Part shown: in pieces, positions 37,334 to 46,156 of the stretch | Position numbering within the stretch: the stretch's first letter is position 1 | How the letters are laid out: each line of letters starts with the position of its first letter | Assembly (NCBI RefSeq): GCF_001194135.2 | Contig: NC_068985.1 | Coordinates: 5,573,600-5,619,755 of the forward strand | Length of the DNA: 46,156 nt | DNA from: Octopus bimaculoides | Taxonomy: Eukaryota | Direction: 5' to 3' | Program-made: the position numbers and the translations under genes | The notes under the pieces: generated by a model | Database searches by the model: none | What the model saw: only the letters and a program-made list of their open reading frames with translations | Told to the model about the DNA's origin: nothing

Positions 37334-38110
37334 TGAGAGACTCGGATAGTTCTTAATTACTGGTTATTCTTTGCTTGAAATTAGGCAATAAGAAATCACC
37401 AAAGGTTTCAAGTAGTGCCTTTTCTTGTGACTCAAAGAGACAATACTCTCCTTAGAATGCGAGCTGTACACAATAAGGCTGTCTTCTGCATCACCTCAGC
37501 TTCAATATTTTTACTACGTTTTTCAAAGCTGTTGGAAACTGCTCCGAATGCTCCAGTTACCACCAGTATCACCATTACTTTCTTCATGACCCATAACTTT
37601 CCTTTCTCTCCTCCGCAGTGGCTGATATTTCTCACATTTTTCTATTTCCTTACATTTCCCCCACGAATCGCCTGGTATTGCAACGTCTATTATATCCACT
37701 ACTTTTCCATCTTTATGGATGATCACAATATCTGGCTGTCTCACCTCTATGACTTGGACGCACTGAATGTTAAAAGCCCAGAGTATTTTGTAATGTTCGT
37801 TTTCCATTAACTCCCTTTGGCTTGTGTTCATACCATTGTTTAGCTCTCTAGGTTTGCTTTACCACACAACAGCCAGTGGACATATCTGTCCACATACTTC
37901 TCCAGTGGCTCTCCAAAACTGACCATGCAGAGGATTCTCTTCAATCTGTCTGTCGTGCTCTCTTTGTATTTCATTCTTGCCCTTTTCTCCTATCATGCGC
38001 TTCATCACCTGTTCTTTATTAACTGTCTTTAATAGTTTTTCTGTGCTGCTCTGTATCTGCTCTACTAGACATTTTCCACAAGCCACACAGGCCGTACTTT
38101 CCACTCTCAC
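37333..38110 (-). pseudogene. 5'-truncated RLE-type non-LTR retrotransposon (R4/Dong clade) with its 3' end abutting (TAA)n
   Basis: STEKLLKTV...PLHGQF; ENEHYKILWAFNIQ...RQPDIVIIHKDGKVVDIIDVAIPGD..KEIEK..KYQPL (PD..D restriction-like endonuclease); KVMVILVVTGAFGAV...MQKTALLCTARILRRVLSL*. ~100-nt 3' UTR; several frameshifts and an internal deletion. Confidence 0.85.
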
Positions 38111-38883
38111 CTACCATTCAATTATATAATACAGGCAATAGAAATCTCTTCCTGCGCTGCCCAGCGTTTCAGGGAAATCTGTATCCAGACTATTTCTCAG
38201 TAAGAGTAGCCATCTTGTAACAATCCTCATTCAACGAGTTACTCAATATCTGAAGCTGATTCGCAACAGCCTAAACGGACGTTGAATCAGCTGGTAACAT
38301 GCACTGGCCTTAATCTTTGTGGACTTATCGTTCTCAGGAACGAGTTACAAAGCTAACTATTAACGATGACAACTGCACAGTGGAGGGAAAGTGTAACCAT
38401 AGCACTGACTGGGTTACGTATCGCTGAAAATTTTAGATCGAGATACTCAGCCAAAACATTCCCGCTAGGAACAAGCGAGAGCAATATAATAAGGAATAAA
38501 TGAATTACCAATCGAATGCGAAGGAACTGAAAAGAAAGAATTATCAACATTGTTGTTCGTCTGCACCCTTTTAACTAAAGAAGAAAACTTGTTTACAAAT
38601 ATGACGGTAGTGGTGGGGTTTCATCCCTTGGAAACAATGTAACTATGGTAACAGAAAAGTGATGGTGTAAACATTCATAAGAGACGGTTAGAAAGAATGA
38701 AGAAAACTTACGTAACTATGCCAATCCATGAGGACATGGATGTCAAGGTTAATCCATCGGATATTGATGTGGAGATCACCAGAAAAGGAAGTTGTGTCCG
38801 TTTATCAATTTATCAGTAGCAACGGGCAACAATTTATCTAAATGAAACAGGAAAAGAAAAATATAATAATAATGATAATGATG

Positions 38884-39007
<124 letters not shown>

Positions 39008-39374
39008 TAATAATCAGAATGGTGTTAAGTTGAAATTTAAAAATATCTCTACATTTATTCGATTGTTAAGAACATTTTTTTACGGGGATATGGTTTTTTT
39101 TTTCATGCCATTTGTGAAAATCAAGCATTTTTGGGGGAATTAATAATTAAATGGTTACAAACTTTTGACGACTGAAATTTGCATAAAACAAATTTAGCTA
39201 ATCAGATCGCTTCTGTCCCGTTCTGAGAACCATGCACACAACAGTGTAACCTCATTCTAGTAAACCTCGTTCTTTGTTTATCGTTTGTTTTCGAGAATCG
39301 ATATTATGAAAATCACAACTTGTGATCATGAAACAAAATCATGAAAGATGCAAACACTTATGGAATGGCCTGGA

Positions 39375-39660
39375 TCTCCGTCAGTTGCGACAACGAGGTG
39401 TTCCAGTCGAAATCGACATAACTGCAAGTGAAATTAACGTATAAGTGGTTGAGCATTCCACAGACACGTGTACCCTTAACGCAGGTCTCAGGAAGATTCA
39501 GCGTGATAGAGAATGTGACAAGGCTGGGCCTTTGAATTACAGGTACAGCACATTTTGCCAGCTGAGTGAAGAAACGAGTAATAAAGAATCTTGCTGCTAG
39601 TAATCGAACTCACGACCTTAAAATCGTGAGTCGAATATCCTAACCACAAAGCGAGGTGCC
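39375..39660 (-). mobile_element. SINE family 3b, degenerate
   Basis: Colinear with 23751-24063, with small deletions. Confidence 0.7.
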
Positions 39661-39702
39661 TTTTCATTAAAGAATAAAAGAAAAGGACGGCAAAACGTAA
39701 TT

Positions 39703-39850
39703 GTTACCCTGACCCCTACTCCTAAACTTAACTCTAATAATAAACTGTAAACTTCATATTAAACCCTAAATCCAAACCTACGCTAACTCTATTCCTAAAC
39801 CCTAAACATATCCCTAACTTTGAACCTTAATAAAATCCTGACCCTCATTT
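39703..39850 (+). repeat. Degenerate CCCTAA-like repeat
   Basis: AAACCCTAAATCCAAACCTACGCTAACTCTATTCCTAAACCCTAAACATATCCCTAAC. Confidence 0.45.
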
Positions 39851-40296
39851 CAACTGTTTTCCATGGGAATCTATACAAAGGACATATTAACTGCGATCAT
39901 CTGCTGAGAAGGGTAGATGTATTGGTCACAATTAGTTTCTCAACAATTGAGGGCACTTCCGTAATTCGGAGAGAAAATAAATCTGATTGGCTAAAAATAC
40001 AAAAAAAATTGCATTCGTTAAACGTTCGTTAATTTTTTTTTTTGTTATTAATTTCTCTCAAAACTCTGGTGATTTTCGTAAATTGCCTCGGAAAATTACA
40101 TCGTGTGGAAACGTTCAATACAGTATGTCAAATCGGAAAGATTCAATCTCTACAATGCTAGGATCACTGAAGATGCTTCATAAGAGATGCATGTATATAT
40201 ATATTTATATATCTTTGCACATACATATATATGTACATATATATACATTTACATATATATACACACATATACATACTCATATAGATGCATACATAC

Positions 40297-40334
<38 letters not shown>

Positions 40335-40579
40335 AAAACCAATAGCCCAGGAATTACACACACCGACGACATAAAAAATGGCACAACTGCTTACTACACA
40401 TATATTACATCAATGATTTTCAATACAATAAATAAAAAACACCAAACAAACAAACAAAAACAAAAACAAGTCAAAACGAAATAGTGCACGTTATCGATGC
40501 GTTGAGGATAGAGGGGGCTAGCATCGGGAAAGCACACGATCGAGAAATAAAAATAAAAAGTCCCTGAAGAAAATAGCTA

Positions 40580-40596
40580 TAATGATCCTAATAATG

Positions 40597-40667
<71 letters not shown>

Positions 40668-40668
40668 G

Positions 40669-40708
<40 letters not shown>

Positions 40709-40743
40709 CAATAATAATAATAATAGCAATAATAATAATGATG

Positions 40744-40819
<76 letters not shown>

Positions 40820-41080
40820 TAAAAATAATAATAATAAAATTAATAATGATAATAATAATGGTAATAATGATAATAATGTTGAGGATGTTGAGGTTGATGT
40901 TGAGGATGATGACGATGAGGTGGAAGAGGAGGAGGGGTGGGAAGAAGACGATGATTATGATGATGATGATGACGATGTTGGTGGTAATGATGATGACGAT
41001 GATGATGATGATGGTGAGGATCATAATGATGATGATCTTGATGATGATGATGATGAGGAGGAGGATGAGGATGATGATCC
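40580..41080. repeat. Compound trinucleotide array drifting from (ATA)n through (GAT/GAG)n
   Basis: Direct reading. It produces the poly-Ile, poly-Met and poly-Asp pseudo-ORFs. Confidence 0.85.
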
Positions 41081-41624
41081 TTTCTACTACAGGCCCATAT
41101 TTGTTATCTAATTTGACAGATGACCTTTCGCTAATAGAATTTCTGAATTTACGACTAATGAAAATCCGAAGAAGAAATGGAAAGAAAAGCATCCGAAAAT
41201 AATATAAAAAAAACAAACAAACAAATATGCAGTGATCGATATCAGTTGTATAATGTATTGGAAAGTTCGATATTTCTATTCCACGCTGTACCATATATAC
41301 CGAAAGATAGCTTAACTCTTCAACCTACATTTTCCAATAAATATTACTTGCAATCGATTTCCCTTCGACAATTCTATGTTCCCGAATTTCCCAGTTTCCC
41401 AATTTAGCGTTTCAAAGTTTCTGGTTATAGGTCCGCGAGCAATATGTGTGCGCGCGAGTGTGCGTATGTTTGTCCCTGTGTGTACGTGTGTTGAGACACG
41501 TATGTATATGCACATAAATACATGCGTACATATATACGTGTATACATGTTTATCTACTTCCAATAGATATGTATATACACACAGACAGACATAGACACAA
41601 TAAAGACACGCACACATATACATG

Positions 41625-42410
41625 TGTAAGCCTGCAGATATTGTAAGCCTGCAGAATGATCTAAATGCAATATATGAGTGGGCAGAGCAAAATAATATGC
41701 AGTTCAATGCAAAAAAATTTCAAGTACTGCGCTACAAGACCACAAGTACCTCCCAACTGGCATACACAGGGCCTGGAGGTACTGCAATCCCAGAACCACA
41801 AACAGTGAGAGATCTGGGCATCAACATGTGTAGTGATGCATCATTTCACATGCACNNNNNNNNNNNNNNNNNNNNNNNNNNNNNNNNNNNNNNNNNNNNN
41901 NNNNNNNNNNNNNNNNNNNNNNNNNNNNNNNNNNNNNNNNNNNNNNNNNNNNNNNNNNNNNNNNNNNNNNNNNNNNNNNNNNNNNNNNNNNNNNNNNNNN
42001 NNNNNNNNNNNNNNNNNNNNNNNNNNNNNNNNNNNNNNNNNNNNNNNNNNNNNNNNNNNNNNNNNNNNNNNNNNNNNNNNNNNNNNNNNNNNNNNNNNNN
42101 NNNNNNNNNNCTCAGCTCTACAATGCCCGGCCAAAACATTTGAGAGACATGCAAGACATGGATGCGGAGGTCTTCAAGACAAAACTTGACGCTTTCCTCT
42201 CCACGATACCAGACGAACTAATGGCTCGTAATGAGACGCAGTTTAGGGCAGCTGTGTCAAATTCTCTTATACACCAGATGTGCCATCAAAACTCTTGATT
42301 GGACCATGTCAGGTGGGGGAGAAGAGCCATGCAAGGAACGTGAAAATCACGGTGGTGCACCAGCATGACCGCAGCCACTTGGCTGAAACACATAAATAAA
42401 AAAAAAAAAA
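41625..42410 (+). pseudogene. 5'-truncated CR1-clade LINE: post-RT domain, 3' UTR and A-rich tail (gap at 41856-42110)
   Basis: LQNDLNAIYEWAEQNNMQFNAKKFQVLRY...VRDLGINMCSDASFHMH; after the gap, QLYNARPKHLRD...FKTKLDAFLSTIPDE...RAAVSNSLIHQ; ends GCTGAAACACATAAATAAAAAAAA. Confidence 0.85.
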
Positions 42411-44312
42411 TATGTACATACATACATTTATATATACAAGGATAATATAACATATATGTGTCTGTGTGTTTGTCTGTGTAATGATAATATATCACAAGGA
42501 TGGAGGACAACAGGCTTTAATGGCTGGTCACAACATTTGTTTCTGCACCGTAGCCAGCTTTAAGTTTCTAAGTCTATACTCAAAGACAATTATAGAACAT
42601 ATTTTATGACTATTGTATAGATGAACGCTGCTCAGCAACAGCCGTGGGTGGGCGCTTCATCAGCCCAGAATGCGATTAATTCCACTTGGACACTACTGAA
42701 TACACTTATATCCAACAGATATACAGACACAGATACACACTCACACACACACACACACACACACACAGATCCACACACGCACACACACACACACACACAA
42801 ACTCACTCATACGCACACGCGTTGTGACATCATGGAACAGTGGATAAAGCTGATTTTGAAGAGAAGTTAAAGATTTATTCCTCGGAATATATATATAGAT
42901 ATGTGTGTGTGTGTGTGTGTGAGTGCGGTTGTGAATGTGTGAATGCGTGCACGAGCTTCTGTGTAGGTGTCTTGATGCGTGGCTCACTTATCTTTTAAAT
43001 ATGTGTATGTATACATATTTATGTGTATATATACATATATGTATGTATATGTGTACAGGTACACACACAGATACAAACGCACACACAAACACACACACAG
43101 TCACATGCACTCACTCACACTCACACAAACACACACAGTCACACATACACTCACACAAACACACACACAGATACACACACAGACACACACACAGACACAC
43201 ACTCATACACACACATTCACACACACATTCACACAAACACAGACACACACATGCTCACACACACATAAACGCACACAAACACACACACTCACACGCTCCC
43301 ACACACACTCACACGCTCCCGCACACACGCACACACACACAGAAACACACTCACACAAACACAGACACACAGACACACACTCACACACACACACTAATAC
43401 ACACACAGACACACACAAGGTTTAGTGTTAACTATGGGGAAAACAGCTCTCAGTACAATCATAGAGATCAATAATCGATCAATAATGTATTCTAATTTTG
43501 CCACGTTTGTTTCTTCCTTCTCTGAAGTTCCTCTGAAGGAGCAGAGAATCTTCAACATCTATTGGTAGAACTCAAAGTACCAAGAAACTGGCTCGACCAG
43601 AATAAAATGTATGTATGTATGCATGTATGTATGTATGTATGTATGTATGTATGTATGTGTGTATGTCATCATTCAGTTTATTTCAAGATGTCTTGCCAAT
43701 AGAGAAAGAACCGGTCTCTAAGCTAGATCCAAGGCTCATTCATTGGAATTGCAACATCACCAACAGGGTATTTTTGTTTGTATATATGCATCTGTTTATG
43801 TATGTGCAGTTTTGCATGTTTTATGTATGTATTCTCAATTATTATAAATCTTCCCCTGAGTAGGGAACCGGTTTCCAACAAAGAAACAAGACTCCATCTT
43901 TGGGATGTAGTTAACACAGGCAAATTCACATTTGGAACTTGAGAAAAGTCTTGCATATTTTTATTGTTCCACTTACAGATTGCACTTGTAATGTACGAAT
44001 CAACCGGTCGATTTCTCTTTCTGTAAATCCCAGTTTATTCAGATTCTCCTAGAAGCATTTACTAACAAAACCTAATGCTCCAATTATTGTTGGTATGAAT
44101 ATGAATTCATAGTCTGGATAAAGAAGCTGGAGGTTTCGAAGCAGTTGTCCATAAATATCCTCGTTTCTTTTCCTTTCAAAGAGATATTTATATCAGCAGG
44201 GCAGCTAACCTCTATGACGGCACATACCTTTGCTTCTCTGTCCCAAACAACAATTTCGACCCTGTTACGCTTACGTTTGACAGAAGTTTTGATGTATGTA
44301 TGTGTGTGTGTG

Positions 44313-44346
<34 letters not shown>

Positions 44347-45616
44347 CCTACCTACCTAACTAACTAACTCTTGTGTTTATAATACATTTGATCTTTATAG
44401 GTATCATTAAAGACAAATCTCCTTCGTTTTGCACGATTCTAATTGGCACAGTGACTAACAGACGAATGTTCCGCATAACCTGAAGAACNNNNNNNNNNGG
44501 CACAGTGACTAACAGACGAATGTTCCGCATAACCTGAAGAACATACCCCCCCCCCACCTATACAAATCCAACCCACATGTCTATTATAAAAATATTATTT
44601 CGTGTACCATTTAACACTGTCTATATTAATCACATATGGCGTATTTAACTGACACAATGAAATTCCTTATATATGAACACATTCCTGGCTCTTTCTTATC
44701 AGAGAGTGTGGTGTCTAGCGACACATATTTCTTTTTAAGATTTATGAGAGTTTCTAACCTGATCTGTCAGCAACCGAAATTTCGAAGAATATATTTCTAT
44801 ATGACAAACATGAACAAATTTTATTGTAAAGCTATTTTCATTATAGGACAAATAGACGTCTTGAATATAATATAATAAAAACGAGGCGCGTTGTTTCATG
44901 TAAATTTCTATCTGTAAATTATATACAAATCGCTAATAAATACAGATTTAGTTTCGACGTGAATATACAAGCTGTCAATGTCAGGAAGTTTGATAGCTGA
45001 GAGTGATGAATCAATCGACGCCTGTTTGATCTGTCTCCAGATTTCCCAACACGTCGCCATAAAAGATTAAATAAATATATCTTATGCACGAAAAAAATAG
45101 AAGCAAAATATGGTAGGCGTAAAGTCATTTGCATAACTGTTACACACTACAAGATTGGTGGCTTAGTTTTGATACATGTAGCATTTAACATGTTTATTTA
45201 ATATCCTGTGTATCATACGTACACACATACAGACGCACTCACGTAAACACAAACAAATATTAGATATTGTTTAATTAATAACGAGCCTTCAAAAGCACGA
45301 ATATGCTAATTAGACAATATTATGATGTGCCGACCTGATTTATAGCTGTTTTATGTAGCAAATGACCATTGCTATAGCTTGGAAAATGAAGCCGAGTAGG
45401 TCTTCTCTGAGGAGCAGTCAGCAAATGGAAAAACGGTCAGTTAGGAGACACTTTTCCTTTTATAAGGACATCATAGAATGTGTCTATAGTATTATCTCAA
45501 CTCCGATAAACCGTTCTAACACACACACGCACACACACGTACACACACACACATACACACACACACGCACACACACACATACACACACACGCAGACACAC
45601 ATATACACACACACAT

Positions 45617-45717
<101 letters not shown>

Positions 45718-45924
45718 ATACGTTTTGAAGTAAATATTTAGCAGACTAAACATTTCGGGCCGTGCCTGGGGTTAAATGATTGAAACGTCTGTAAATACAT
45801 ATCTGCATACAATCTATATGCATGCATATGCATTATCTAAGTGCATGCGTATGAATGTATGTATATATATATATATGCGTGTGTATGTGTGCTTGTGTGT
45901 GTGTATCCACATCAGTGGAGATAT

Positions 45925-46045
45925 ACACAATAGCCCGAGGTTATAGTAGAAAACACTTGCGCAAGATGCCACGCAGTGGGAGACTGAACCGAAAACCATG
46001 TGGTTGGGAAACCACGCTGTTACTACATTGCCACGCCTGCACCTA
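45925..46045 (-). mobile_element. SINE family 1 fragment
   Basis: GCCCGAGGTTATAGTAGAAAACACTTGCGCAAGATGCCACGCAGTGGG...CCATGTGGTTGGGAA. Confidence 0.7.
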
Positions 46046-46103
46046 TATGCATGTGTGTATGCATGTATATATGCATGCATATATATATATATATGTGTGT
46101 GTT

Positions 46104-46156
<53 letters not shown>

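Noticed and set aside
43979-43992. miR-92-like ATTGCACTTGT
   Set aside because: The 3' half does not match miR-92 and I see no precursor hairpin.
44445-44542. ~44-bp perfect direct repeat, superficially CRISPR- or TSD-like
   Set aside because: The same artefact around the 10-N gap at 44489-44498. No CRISPR array exists in the window.

Overview
AT-rich, microsatellite-saturated, gapped eukaryotic non-coding DNA. The SINE families and their density suggest a cephalopod, probably Octopus; this is an inference, not a database result. I cannot support any intact host protein-coding gene. Most ORF-track entries are microsatellite or N-gap artefacts; the few real ones are retroelement remnants. The window holds about 30 copies or fragments of three tRNA-derived SINE families, decayed non-LTR retrotransposon fragments from four clades (Tx1/L1, RTE, R4/Dong-type RLE, CR1), two MITEs, two long fold-back palindromes and a ~0.9-kb local duplication. 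The most interesting signal is a Penelope-like element (PLE) seen in three insertions (6421-6786, 11419-11750, 36396-36863). Right after a GIY-YIG-like ORF stop, its 3' terminal region carries a tRNA-like Pol III promoter (A and B boxes), an (AAT)n spacer and a minimal type I hammerhead ribozyme motif. All three insertions have an inverted segment at their 5' end. A second, unrelated hammerhead-like motif lies at ~32.0 kb. Coordinates and identities were read by eye, so repeat boundaries may be off by a few bases.
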